DNA of 64,000 bases from Candidatus Enterosoma merdigallinarum (GTDB lineage Bacteria > Bacillota_I > Bacilli_A > RFN20 > CAG-288), in the NCBI GenBank assembly GCA_018714385.1, contig DVNL01000014.1, forward strand, positions 25,959 to 89,958, written 5' to 3'. Below are positions 47,847 through 59,012 of this stretch, in pieces (position 1 is the first letter of the stretch; each line of letters starts with the position of its first letter). A program made the position numbers and the translations under genes. Under the pieces are notes generated by a model, which ran no database searches, was not told the DNA's origin, and saw only the letters and a program-made list of their open reading frames with translations.

Positions 47847-47981
47847 GAGCAAAAGGAATTTTTATGTTGGAATTTATTATCGTTTATCATCGCCCAAGAA
47901 AACTTAGCCTCTTAGGCACATAAGACTATATCGTATGTGTCCCGATATTGTCAACATAGGGGCGACGATGAAAGCGGTTTT

Positions 47982-50384
47982 CTAATGACAGCAACCGTCC
48001 TGTTTCCTCCCGAAGAGAACTCTTAATCCCTTTTTCCGACTCTGGCACTCGCCGACGCCGGCAGAAGAAACATCGATGGCGTTCTCGACAAATCGGGCAT
48101 CCTTGTCTTCGACGACAAAGGGAAGGAGACGGATGGCATGATGCTTTTTCCGGACAAACCAATAGTTGACGACGAAGAGCACGGCAAGCCCGGCGATAAA
48201 GACGATGGCGATGATTCCGTCGACGATTTCAAGCGTTCCGTAGGATCCTGTCCCGATCAGGGAGAAGGAACCCAGGCCATAGCAGACCAAAGAGAGGACA
48301 TAGGAGGTGACGATCCAGAAGCAGAGGACGAAACGGAAGTTTTTCTTGCTCTTCAACTCCGCTTTTGCAGCCGACATGGCGGCGACGCAAGGAAGGGTGA
48401 AGAGGTTGAAGATGAGGAAGGAGAAGGCGCCGGGAAGATTGATGCCGGCCGTCTCGACAGTGTAGATGTTCAAGGATTCCATCGTGCCGACGACCTGTTC
48501 CTTGGCCACAAGGCCGGTGACGGCGGAGACGATATATTTCCATCCGTCCGATCCGTGTGCGAAGCCGAGAGGATAGAAGAGCGGCTGTATGAAAGAACCG
48601 ATTGAAGCCAGAATCGACGACCCGATGTCCGGGACGGGTTCCTCGAGCCCCGGCACTTCGATTTCGCCGACCATCGTCCAGTTCCACTGGAATGTCTGGA
48701 GGAACCAAAGCAAGGCGGACATGAGAGCGATGATCGTTCCTGCCCTCTTCAAGAAGCGCTTCGTCTCCTCCCAAAGGGCGATGCCTGTTGCCTTGGCCTG
48801 CGGAATCATATAAGGCGGGAATTCCATGATGAAAGGAGAGCTCTTTCCTTGAATGATGAATTCATTGGAGAAGAAACCGGCGATGATGGCACCGAGGATA
48901 CCGATACCATACATGATGAAAGCGACGATACCTCCTTGAATCGCCCCTCCCGTAAGAACCTGGATGATGTTCGTCCCGATCCCCATGAAGATGGGAAGCT
49001 TTGCGCCGCAGGCAAAGAAAGGCGTCAACGAAATCGTGAGGACCCTTTCCCTCTGGCTGTCGATTGTCCTGGCCCCCATGATTCCGGGAACGGCGCATCC
49101 GAAGCAGGAAATCAAAGGAACGACGCATTTTCCGGAAATGCCGAACCGTCTGAGAATGCGATCGAAGACAAAAGCGACACGGGCCATATAGCCGGAATTC
49201 TCAAGAAGCTGGATGAAAAGCGTCAGAAGGACGATCAAGGGCAGGAAGGTCAAGACAGCAAAGACAGAGCCGAGAATGCCGTCACACAAAAGGGAAGTGA
49301 ACCACGGATCGACATTTGCTGCCGTCATGGCAGAAGAAAGATTCTCGAGGATAAGTCCATTGAGGAACCAATCGAGGAAATCCTGAAGGAAAATGCCAAG
49401 AGACGGCATACCCGGTTCCGGATCTTCAAAGAAAGGCCGGACAGGGCCAAGGCCCATCGCACCCATGAAAAGAAAATCGGAATTGAAGACGATGCAAAAG
49501 ACCAAAAACATGACGATCGCGAAGATTGGGAGTCCAAGCCAACGGTTTGTCAAAATGCGGTCGACACGATCCGAGAAAGAGATCTTCGGATTGAGAACGT
49601 TCCGATGATAGAAGGGATAAAGCACGGAATCGATAAATTCATAGCGATCATCGGCGATTCTTTCTTCCAAGGAGTCTTTCGAATTGGCAATTCCGCTCTC
49701 CTTGATGATTTGTTGCGCCTGTTTGGCGACATCCGGGTATTTATCACTGACAATTTTATCGTTTTCCATCAGCTTGCTTGCAACAAACAAAGATGATGAA
49801 ATTTCATTTTTCTCTGCAATAGCAGCAATAGATTCTCCGATTTCCTTTAGCTTTGAATCATTGAACTGAAGTTGTCCTTTTCTTTTCTTTCCTTTTTGGG
49901 AGTAGACGGCTTTCATCAGCTCCTTCATGCCGTTTCCCTTCAAAGCCGAAATCGGGAGAACCGGCACGCCAAGCTTTTGGGAAAGAGCATCGACATCGAC
50001 TGTGTCACCCCGCTTCTCGATGACATCCATCAAGTTGAGCGCGATGACGACAGGGACATCCATTTCGAGGACTTGGCTTGTCAGGAACAGGTTTCTCGAA
50101 AGATTCGTCGCATCGACGACATTGACGACAACATCGGGATTGCCGTCAAGAAGGAAGTTTCGGGAGATGACTTCTTCCGGCGTATAGGGGGAAAGAGAAT
50201 AAATGCCGGGAAGATCGACGATTTCGATTTCCTCCGGAAAGTCTTTTTTCCTTTTATAGAGTCCCTCCTTCCTCTCGACCGTCACGCCAGGCCAGTTTCC
50301 GACATGGGCTTGAGATCCCGTCAGGTTGTTGAAGAGGGTCGTCTTTCCGCAGTTCGGATTGCCGCACAATGCTACTTTAATCAT
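47982..50384 (-). CDS. feoB: Ferrous iron transporter FeoB
   Basis: N-terminal G-domain MIKVALCGNPNCGKTTLFNNLTG...VDLPGIYSL followed by a polytopic permease domain. 800 aa. Confidence 0.95.
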   Translation of the reverse strand: MIKVALCGNPNCGKTTLFNNLTGSQAHVGNWPGVTVERKEGLYKRKKDFPEEIEIVDLPGIYSLSPYTPEEVISRNFLLDGNPDVVVNVVDATNLSRNLFLTSQVLEMDVPVVIALNLMDVIEKRGDTVDVDALSQKLGVPVLPISALKGNGMKELMKAVYSQKGKKRKGQLQFNDSKLKEIGESIAAIAEKNEISSSLFVASKLMENDKIVSDKYPDVAKQAQQIIKESGIANSKDSLEERIADDRYEFIDSVLYPFYHRNVLNPKISFSDRVDRILTNRWLGLPIFAIVMFLVFCIVFNSDFLFMGAMGLGPVRPFFEDPEPGMPSLGIFLQDFLDWFLNGLILENLSSAMTAANVDPWFTSLLCDGILGSVFAVLTFLPLIVLLTLFIQLLENSGYMARVAFVFDRILRRFGISGKCVVPLISCFGCAVPGIMGARTIDSQRERVLTISLTPFFACGAKLPIFMGIGTNIIQVLTGGAIQGGIVAFIMYGIGILGAIIAGFFSNEFIIQGKSSPFIMEFPPYMIPQAKATGIALWEETKRFLKRAGTIIALMSALLWFLQTFQWNWTMVGEIEVPGLEEPVPDIGSSILASIGSFIQPLFYPLGFAHGSDGWKYIVSAVTGLVAKEQVVGTMESLNIYTVETAGINLPGAFSFLIFNLFTLPCVAAMSAAKAELKSKKNFRFVLCFWIVTSYVLSLVCYGLGSFSLIGTGSYGTLEIVDGIIAIVFIAGLAVLFVVNYWFVRKKHHAIRLLPFVVEDKDARFVENAIDVSSAGVGECQSRKKGLRVLFGRKQDGCCH

Positions 50385-50802
50385 GGTCCTTCCTCCCCAA
50401 ATCGCGTTTCTTTTCCTCGCGCAAAGACTTCAGTTTCTCTTTGGCCTCTTTTTCCTGCTTTGCCATTTCGGCATCTTCCTTCCGGAAGATCTCCACGGCT
50501 TCTGGAGTCGGCTTCCGTATTTCGACTTTATGCCGTCCTTTGCCAAAGCCGACATTTTTCTCAACGACATGGAAATACTGCGGGTTGAGGGGTTCCACTT
50601 CGATCTTTTCCGCAAATTCCCTATTGATGGCGATGCGCCCGTCCTTCACCTTGATGACAACGTCTCCCGTCCGATTGCAAAGGCAGGTCACAACCTCTCC
50701 TTTCAGAATCGAAAGATTTTCCAAATGCCTTTTGTGACGATAGTCCGTGTCGACCGAAACTATCTCGAGGTCTTCTCGTTGGCAGGCTTGCGTAAGTTTC
50801 AT
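50377..50802 (-). CDS. feoA: FeoA-domain protein with a charged C-terminal extension of about 70 aa
   Basis: SH3-like FeoA core (LEIVSV...LENLSILKGEVVTCLCNRTGDVVIKVKDGRIAI). Overlaps the feoB start by 8 nt. Start set to ATG 50802 after AGGAGG. Confidence 0.8.
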   Translation of the reverse strand: MKLTQACQREDLEIVSVDTDYRHKRHLENLSILKGEVVTCLCNRTGDVVIKVKDGRIAINREFAEKIEVEPLNPQYFHVVEKNVGFGKGRHKVEIRKPTPEAVEIFRKEDAEMAKQEKEAKEKLKSLREEKKRDLGRKDHD

Positions 50803-50832
50803 GGCGGCCTCCTGTGTTAACATACATTAACT

Positions 50833-50860
50833 AATATAGACGCTTTTTCTTCATTTGCAA
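50833..50860 (-). promoter_or_regulatory. Putative feoAB promoter
   Basis: Minus strand reads TTGCAA (50860..50855), 16-nt spacer, TATATT (50838..50833). Confidence 0.45.
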
Positions 50861-50878
50861 GACTCAAAAGAGATTTTT

Positions 50879-52267
50879 TCAGTAATTTTCGTATCGCAAA
50901 GGCATCGTCTGCCCATAATCGCGATAGTAGGAATCGTGGACGACCACATCGTCGCGTCTATCGGATATCTGATAGCAGGAATAGGCAAGAAGGGCATACA
51001 GAAGAATGAAGATGTTGTAGAGGGTGTTGTCGACAAGGCCAATAGTTTCAAAAATGAGAAGGAAGAGGAAGAACAGCCATTTTTCCTTCGCTTTCTTTTG
51101 AAAGATCGTCACATAGAGGACAACTTCATAGATGACGAAGAAAAACAGGCCGAAAGCACCACCCATCGCCAGCGTGGAGATGACCGTATTGGAACAAAGC
51201 ATGACCGTTCCGTGTTCGATATCACTCAACACAGAGATGGACATGCCGAAAGCAGGCGATTCCAAGAAGGCATTGATGCCCCTCTCGAAAAGTTCTGCGC
51301 GCGGAGAATTCGGATCGCCCAAATTGAGGCTGGATAAGGCCATGATGACGCGCCGGCTGAATTCGTCGTTCAGAATCATGAGGACGACGAAAACCAGGCC
51401 GATGGCGCAGATCATGCAGACAGATATATAAGGATAGGCCTTTCCATAGCTGCGGAAAGAAAGAAGAATGAGAGGAATCGTCGCCGCCATCAAGACGAGG
51501 AGTCCCGAATCGGTAGACAAGACGATGATGGCGTAAATGACAAGAATCAACCAGAAAATCCAGGCAAACTTTCGCCGGGCGATGATCATGCCGAAGAAAG
51601 GCAGAGACAGGCAAAGGATGGTCGAGGCAGTCTGACTGGTATAGGCCCAGCCGAGATTGAAATTCGGATCGCCGATAAGGAGGCCATGCCGAATCTGGTA
51701 AAGGACGATCTCGATAGCGACGGCCACGGCAAGAAGGGCCACCGTCCGTGCAAAATAAAGAATGGTATCCTCCCTCTTGAGGCATGTGTTGAACAAAATA
51801 TAGATCAGAAGGACGAAAAACAAAGAAAGAAGGAAAAGAAGGCCTGTCCTTTCCACCCTTCCATCTCTCACGGCATTCACCAGATAGGATATGACAAAAA
51901 CAACGAACAGCAAGCCAATCGGAACGGATAGTTCTCCTTTTTTCATGGGAAGCTTTTTCAAAATCAGAAAGAGAACAATGGACAGAACTGTCGTTCCGCC
52001 GATAACGTACAGATAAATCGGAAGCGTCACGAAGCTGACCTTGGAACTGACCGTGATGGTGACAAAAAAGATAAGAGGCATATAAGCCCGGCCATCCGAG
52101 GCAAAGAGAGGAAAGAAAGAAAAAAGAATATAGAACGAAGCAAAAATCCAAGGCAGGTTATCGCCCGGCATCATCCAGATCAAGATGGAAAGAACAGCGA
52201 TGACGATTTGGAATATTTCCGATCCCGTGAACTCTTTGATTCGTCGATTTAAAGCAGTAAGCAGCAT
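50879..52267 (-). CDS. Polytopic membrane protein, O-antigen ligase/polymerase (Wzy/WaaL)-like
   Basis: 462 aa with about 11-12 hydrophobic helices and one larger loop, the general architecture of Wzy_C proteins. Assignment is by architecture only. Confidence 0.45.
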   Translation of the reverse strand: MLLTALNRRIKEFTGSEIFQIVIAVLSILIWMMPGDNLPWIFASFYILFSFFPLFASDGRAYMPLIFFVTITVSSKVSFVTLPIYLYVIGGTTVLSIVLFLILKKLPMKKGELSVPIGLLFVVFVISYLVNAVRDGRVERTGLLFLLSLFFVLLIYILFNTCLKREDTILYFARTVALLAVAVAIEIVLYQIRHGLLIGDPNFNLGWAYTSQTASTILCLSLPFFGMIIARRKFAWIFWLILVIYAIIVLSTDSGLLVLMAATIPLILLSFRSYGKAYPYISVCMICAIGLVFVVLMILNDEFSRRVIMALSSLNLGDPNSPRAELFERGINAFLESPAFGMSISVLSDIEHGTVMLCSNTVISTLAMGGAFGLFFFVIYEVVLYVTIFQKKAKEKWLFFLFLLIFETIGLVDNTLYNIFILLYALLAYSCYQISDRRDDVVVHDSYYRDYGQTMPLRYENY

Positions 52268-52273
52268 GACTTT

Positions 52274-52282
52274 AGTATAACA
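52274..52282 (-). promoter_or_regulatory. Extended -10 element placed 6 nt from the ATG of the Wzy-like gene (probable leaderless mRNA)
   Basis: Minus strand reads TGTTATACT-AAAGTC-ATG, with no Shine-Dalgarno. Confidence 0.4.
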
Positions 52283-52367
52283 AAAGAAATCGGACGTTGT
52301 TTCTTGTTTTCGAAGGATAGAAAATTAGTGTTTGTAATGGTTAAATATAAATCTAGGTACATCAAAA

Positions 52368-55300
52368 ATGGGTAAAAACAGCCTTTCCGGAAACATCCTC
52401 TACCTTCGTATGGAAGAAGCCCTCTCCCGTTTCGGGTCTCGAGTTAAAAACACTCTTTTCCATCCCTCCGAAAGACTCAAGACATTTTATGCCTTGGTCA
52501 TCGTCGGCCTTCTTTGCTTCGGATACAGCTGGATCATCAACGACATGACCGTTCCTCTCGGAGGAGACTACACTCTCCAAGAGATGACTTTCATCTTCAA
52601 CGGCTATGATGACTGGCACCATTTTTTCGAGACCGGAGAATTTCCTTTTTGGGACAGAACGCCATTTTTGGGCATAGACAATATCGGCGGAAACGCCTTC
52701 TATTATCTCTTCGACCCTTTCTTCCTCATCCTGCTCCCATTCCCGAGGGATTGGCTCCTCTATCTTCAAGGCTTCATGTTCGTCCCGAAACTCGTCCTGT
52801 CCGGGATGCTGTTCTATTGGTATCTCTCCTCCTTCCCCCTGTCCGACAAGAATCGTCGTCTCGGCGCATTGTGCTTCGGTTTCTGCGGCTATTGCTTCGG
52901 CTATCTCTGGTTCCACTTCATCGATTCCGTCGCCTTCTTGCCACTGACATTCTTGGGCATCGAAAGAATCCTGCAAAGGAAGGATCCCAGAATCCTTCTT
53001 GTCGGTTTCCTTCTCAACGCCATGACAAGCTATTTCTTCTTCGTCGTCTTTACGATCGGCGCTTTTCTTTATGCCATCTTCCGCTTCCTCCAGACGATGA
53101 AGGAGAGGGAGGCATATGAACACTGGGCGGTCTTCGGAATAGGCGTCTTCGCCTTTGTCATCGGCATCTTTTTGGGAGCCTTCACCTTGCTCCCTGGTAT
53201 GTATACCGCCATATCGATGCCTCGCGTCTCAGGGGGCGAATCCTGGCTTTCCACGGTCCTTTCCAGCCAATCCCTGTCCGAGCTTTTGGACAACCTCTTT
53301 ACGTTCTCCTCGACGACGGAACACAATCAGATCACGCCCCTTTTAAACTTCCTTTTCATGCCGGACAGCTGCTATTACTCCAACCTTCTCAACGTCTCGT
53401 GGTATGACAATCTCGCCTCGTCCCTCTATGCCACGACACCTCTCCTTCTCCTCTTCTTCGTCGGGCTCATCGACGCCTTCCGTTCCCGCCGATGGTCTTA
53501 TCTCATCGGCATGGCTTTCATCCTCTTCCTCCTTTTCACCCCGATCGGTTTCTATCTCTTCTCCGGCTTCACCGTCGCCTATGCCCGCTATTTCATCCTG
53601 CCGACGAGCTGGATGATCGTCTTCGATCTCCTGACTCTCCAAAGAAGAAGGGAGTTGCCGCGATCCGACCTCGATCTATCCTTTGCCTTCGTCATGGTCT
53701 TGGATGCCCTCGCCGCGATCCTGGTCATTTTCGGCGTCAATGAGAACCCCAGCCATTTCCCCTCCTCCACCTATTGGGACTTGAAGATGATCGAAATCCC
53801 TCTTTCCATGGCCTGGGTCTTCGTCTGCTATCTGGTGATGCGGCCGCTTTTCCACAAGAAAAAACTGTCGAAAGCCATGCTCGCCCTCTGTGCCATCGAT
53901 ATCGCCGTCATGGGCAACGTCACGATCCTCTTCCAAGGAACCGTCCACCCCGATTCCATGGCCGGCGGCAGGGGCAATATCGCCGAAGAAGAGAAGATCG
54001 TCACTTTGCTGAAAGAAAGTGAAGGAGACGATTTCTATCGGCTCTTCTCGCCGACGGCGGACAGAAACAACATCAACATCTCCATGCGCATCGGCTACAA
54101 CGGCCTCGGTTCGTTCCATTCCGTCTACGCCTTTGCCGCCCAGGATTTCATCGACCGGAGCCATATCCCCTACTCTTCCGGAAACTGGTCCATGGGCATA
54201 CACAACAGAAGGGAAAACATGGAGACCTTCCTCGGAACGAAATATTATCTCTTGCCAAAAGTCGACTTGGATTACGATCGTCATTCCGCCCTGACCATCA
54301 CCGATTATGACATCCCCTACGGCTATCGAAACATCCTCGACCTGACCGCAGAAGAAAAGGAAAAGCTCGGTATCGACTATTCCGAGGAGCTTCTTTCCTT
54401 CCTGGCAAGCGACGCCTGCAACAAGAGCCTGTACGTCAACATGAACTTTGTCGACTTCGCCTTCGCTTTCGATACCATCATCAATACGGCGTGGCTCTCT
54501 GCCGGCACATATGCGGACGGTTCCTATTATTGGGGACGATACGAAGACATAAACGAATACCCCCTGCTCCGCTTTGCCATGCTTGACGATGCGGATTACG
54601 AAACTTTCGCACGGCAGGGCAAATACAACGCCGGGACCTACACGATGAACGGAAAGGAGTATGACATCCCTCTGACAAGCCAAAATGGGGCTGCGACTTT
54701 CTACAACAACCTCGTCACGACGGACTACGTTCCCGGAGATTCCGACCCGATCGAGCATTACTATTCCTCCCGCATCGACGTCGAGGTCTTTTCCGCGAAC
54801 TGGCCCGCGACTGCCAGCGTCCCCAGCGGCGAATACGCCTACATGAATCCTCTCGACCCCTATGACCGGGAAGGCGAAGAGGAGTGGAACCAAGAGCATC
54901 CCCTCTATGCGATGAACGGCATCGGCAAGGCGGACACGAAATACGACTTCGACACGAAAAGGGACGACGAAGGCCAGACTTCCGATACGTACACAGACGA
55001 AGTCCTCTACAACTCCAAGCTCTATCTGACATTCAAGAAGAACAACAAACAGGTCCTCCTCGTTCCGGAGGCCGACCCGTCCGATCCCTCGACAGGCGCC
55101 TACATCTCCATCGATTCGTCGAACAACATCTCCTGGCGCTTCTTCGACGAGAACGACAACCTCATCTGCATTGCCCAGCACTCCTATTCCGATTACCAGA
55201 AGGCTCGCGGCTACTATGTGGATCGCCCCGTCAAGACGATCGTCGGCGTCATCATGGAAGGAAACAAGGACACGCCTTGCAAGATCGATCGTCCCGAAAT

Positions 55301-55781
55301 CTACATCATCCGGAACAAAGACTATCAGGACGCCATCGACAAATTGCAAGAAGAGCCGATCGAAATCCTTTCGAGAGGCGAAAACAGCGTCCTCTTCACG
55401 ACGGATTATTCCAAAGACAAATTCGTCGTCCTCAACTATCCCCGCCAGGACGGCTGGACTCTCTATGAGCACGGAGAGGACAAGGAGGGAAATCCGACGA
55501 AGACCGAAATCGTGACCTACAAGGCACAAGGCGGTTTCATCGGCTTTGAGGCCGAGGAAGGGGAGCATACCTATTCCCTGGAATACAAGTCGCCTTGGTT
55601 CACCATAGGCATGCTCTTCACCGGCATCGGCCTTCTTGTCACGCTTTTGTCTCTCTACGGGTTCGGGATACTGGCCAAGAAAGAGAAATTCCGCCGTGAA
55701 CAGCTCGACAGATTGCGCTATCAGGCCAAGCAGGATCAAAACCGCCTGATTCTTTCCTATCAAGATTGCGAGGATCGCTGA
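52368..55781 (+). CDS. YfhO-family membrane glycosyltransferase-like protein (1137 aa, large extracytoplasmic C-terminal domain)
   Basis: The N-terminal polytopic region contains GGNAFYYLFDPFFLILLPFP and repeated hydrophobic helices typical of YfhO. Long soluble domain and a final TM helix. The start codon is uncertain because there is no clear RBS. Confidence 0.65.
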   Translation: MGKNSLSGNILYLRMEEALSRFGSRVKNTLFHPSERLKTFYALVIVGLLCFGYSWIINDMTVPLGGDYTLQEMTFIFNGYDDWHHFFETGEFPFWDRTPFLGIDNIGGNAFYYLFDPFFLILLPFPRDWLLYLQGFMFVPKLVLSGMLFYWYLSSFPLSDKNRRLGALCFGFCGYCFGYLWFHFIDSVAFLPLTFLGIERILQRKDPRILLVGFLLNAMTSYFFFVVFTIGAFLYAIFRFLQTMKEREAYEHWAVFGIGVFAFVIGIFLGAFTLLPGMYTAISMPRVSGGESWLSTVLSSQSLSELLDNLFTFSSTTEHNQITPLLNFLFMPDSCYYSNLLNVSWYDNLASSLYATTPLLLLFFVGLIDAFRSRRWSYLIGMAFILFLLFTPIGFYLFSGFTVAYARYFILPTSWMIVFDLLTLQRRRELPRSDLDLSFAFVMVLDALAAILVIFGVNENPSHFPSSTYWDLKMIEIPLSMAWVFVCYLVMRPLFHKKKLSKAMLALCAIDIAVMGNVTILFQGTVHPDSMAGGRGNIAEEEKIVTLLKESEGDDFYRLFSPTADRNNINISMRIGYNGLGSFHSVYAFAAQDFIDRSHIPYSSGNWSMGIHNRRENMETFLGTKYYLLPKVDLDYDRHSALTITDYDIPYGYRNILDLTAEEKEKLGIDYSEELLSFLASDACNKSLYVNMNFVDFAFAFDTIINTAWLSAGTYADGSYYWGRYEDINEYPLLRFAMLDDADYETFARQGKYNAGTYTMNGKEYDIPLTSQNGAATFYNNLVTTDYVPGDSDPIEHYYSSRIDVEVFSANWPATASVPSGEYAYMNPLDPYDREGEEEWNQEHPLYAMNGIGKADTKYDFDTKRDDEGQTSDTYTDEVLYNSKLYLTFKKNNKQVLLVPEADPSDPSTGAYISIDSSNNISWRFFDENDNLICIAQHSYSDYQKARGYYVDRPVKTIVGVIMEGNKDTPCKIDRPEIYIIRNKDYQDAIDKLQEEPIEILSRGENSVLFTTDYSKDKFVVLNYPRQDGWTLYEHGEDKEGNPTKTEIVTYKAQGGFIGFEAEEGEHTYSLEYKSPWFTIGMLFTGIGLLVTLLSLYGFGILAKKEKFRREQLDRLRYQAKQDQNRLILSYQDCEDR

Positions 55782-55782
55782 A

Positions 55783-56901
55783 ATGAGACGGATCGTCTAT
55801 CTTCAAGGCGGAGGCCCGACCGCCGTCATCAACGAATCCTTTCTCGGCGTCTTGTCTGCCGCCCGCAAAGAGAAGGCCTCCCTCTATGTTTCCAGAAATG
55901 GGCTTATGGGCCTTATCGAGAACCGGCTCGAAAGGATAGATCTTGAAAAAGACTTCTCCTTTCTGACCCGTTATCCGGGCGCCTATTTCGGCTCGGCGAG
56001 AATCAGTCTCAAAAAAGACCCGGAATCTCTCCTTGTCATCCTGAAGACATTGAAAGAAAACAAAGCGGATGCCCTGCTGCTCAACGGCGGAAACGATACG
56101 ATGGACAGCGCCATGCGGATTTCAAAAGCCGTCGAAGAAAAACTTCCTTCCTGCCATGTCGTCGGTATCCCCAAGACGATCGACAACGACCTCGTCGGGA
56201 CGGACAGGTGTCCCGGTTTTCTCTCTGCGGCAAAATTCGTCGCATACAACGTCTCGGCGATCCTGGCAGACGACAGATCCTACAAAAAAGGTCGAATCAA
56301 TGTCATCGAAGTCATGGGTCGAGACAATGGTTCCTTGGCAGCCTCCGCAAGTCTTGCCTTCCTTGACGGAAAACCGGATTTTATCTTTATTCCAGAAATT
56401 TCTTTCCATCTCGCGACAGCAATCCAAAAGATGGAGGAAACCTATGACGCAAAAGGTCGGTGTAACGTCGTCGTTTCTGAAGGAATACGGGACGAAAAGG
56501 GGCATCTTGTCTCGTCTTTAAAGGCGTCGGACAGCTTCGGAAACATCCAGCTTGGCGGAGTTTCTTCCCTCCTTTCTTCTCTCGTCGCAAAAGACGGCTA
56601 CAAAACAAGGGCGATCGAACTCTCAATCCCCCAAAGGGCCGCCTTCTACCTCAAATCGGAATATGACTCGCGCGATGCCTTCCTCTGCGGCGAGACGGCG
56701 ACCGAAGAAAGCCGTCGAAATTCCGGTGTCATGATCGGCATCAAAGGAAAGAAGGACTCTTCTTTCGACTATCGCATCGTGCCTCTTGTGGATGTTGCGG
56801 GAAGAACAGTCCCCCTTAACAATCGCTACTTCGACGCCCAAAAAGGAATCCTGCCGACATTCGCGGAAGACTTCGAAAAGCTCATCCTCGGGAATATCTA
56901 A
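55783..56901 (+). CDS. pfkA: 6-phosphofructokinase family enzyme (residues suggest the PPi-dependent type)
   Basis: Motifs LQGGGPTAVINES, LLLNGGNDTMDSA, VGIPKTIDNDL and VMGRDNG. The ATG is 1 nt after the YfhO-like stop. Confidence 0.85.
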   Translation: MRRIVYLQGGGPTAVINESFLGVLSAARKEKASLYVSRNGLMGLIENRLERIDLEKDFSFLTRYPGAYFGSARISLKKDPESLLVILKTLKENKADALLLNGGNDTMDSAMRISKAVEEKLPSCHVVGIPKTIDNDLVGTDRCPGFLSAAKFVAYNVSAILADDRSYKKGRINVIEVMGRDNGSLAASASLAFLDGKPDFIFIPEISFHLATAIQKMEETYDAKGRCNVVVSEGIRDEKGHLVSSLKASDSFGNIQLGGVSSLLSSLVAKDGYKTRAIELSIPQRAAFYLKSEYDSRDAFLCGETATEESRRNSGVMIGIKGKKDSSFDYRIVPLVDVAGRTVPLNNRYFDAQKGILPTFAEDFEKLILGNI

Positions 56902-56951
56902 GTTTCACAGAAGAAAGTCCTGTCGTTATATCCTTGCTTTTTTACGACACG

Positions 56952-56986
56952 AAAAAAGGATGCCGGAAGAGTTTTCGGCATCCTTT
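56952..56986. terminator. Bidirectional terminator between convergent pfk and groEL
   Basis: AAAAAA-GGATGCCG, 10-nt loop, CGGCATCC-TTT. Confidence 0.75.
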
Positions 56987-57008
56987 ATGGATCAAAGACG
57001 GATTGGAA

Positions 57009-58637
<1,629 letters not shown>

Positions 58638-58659
58638 TCAATACCTCCGATGATTTTTC

Positions 58660-58941
58660 TTATTCGACGATGGCGAGAATGTCCTTGTCTTGGATGAGCA
58701 TCAGCTTCTTTCCGTTTTCCTCATAGTCGGTCGTGGAGTACTTCTTGTAAATGACTCTGTCTCCGACCTTGGCTTGGACTTCGATTTTGTGTCCTTCCTC
58801 GTTGGTATAGCCGGGGCCGACGGCAATGACGTTGGCGACGGCAGATTCGTTTTCATGGCTGGTCGCAATGATGATTCCGCCGATTTTCTTTTCTTCGGGA
58901 ACCTTTTCCAGAACGACGTAGTCTCTTAAGGGTTTGATCAT
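58660..58941 (-). CDS. groS: Co-chaperonin GroES
   Basis: MIKPLRDYVVLEKVPEEKKIGGIII...AVGPG. Start set to ATG 58941 after GGGAGG. Confidence 0.93.
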   Translation of the reverse strand: MIKPLRDYVVLEKVPEEKKIGGIIIATSHENESAVANVIAVGPGYTNEEGHKIEVQAKVGDRVIYKKYSTTDYEENGKKLMLIQDKDILAIVE

Positions 58942-58984
58942 TTCTATGTCCTCCCAATTGAGTCCTTTTTTCAAGACTGCCCCT

Positions 58985-59012
58985 ATTATAATCGCAAAGT
59001 TAGCAAATTCAA
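58985..59012 (-). promoter_or_regulatory. Putative groESL promoter
   Basis: Minus strand reads TTGAAT (59012..59007), 16-nt spacer, TATAAT (58990..58985). It overlaps the CIRCE element. Confidence 0.5.
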
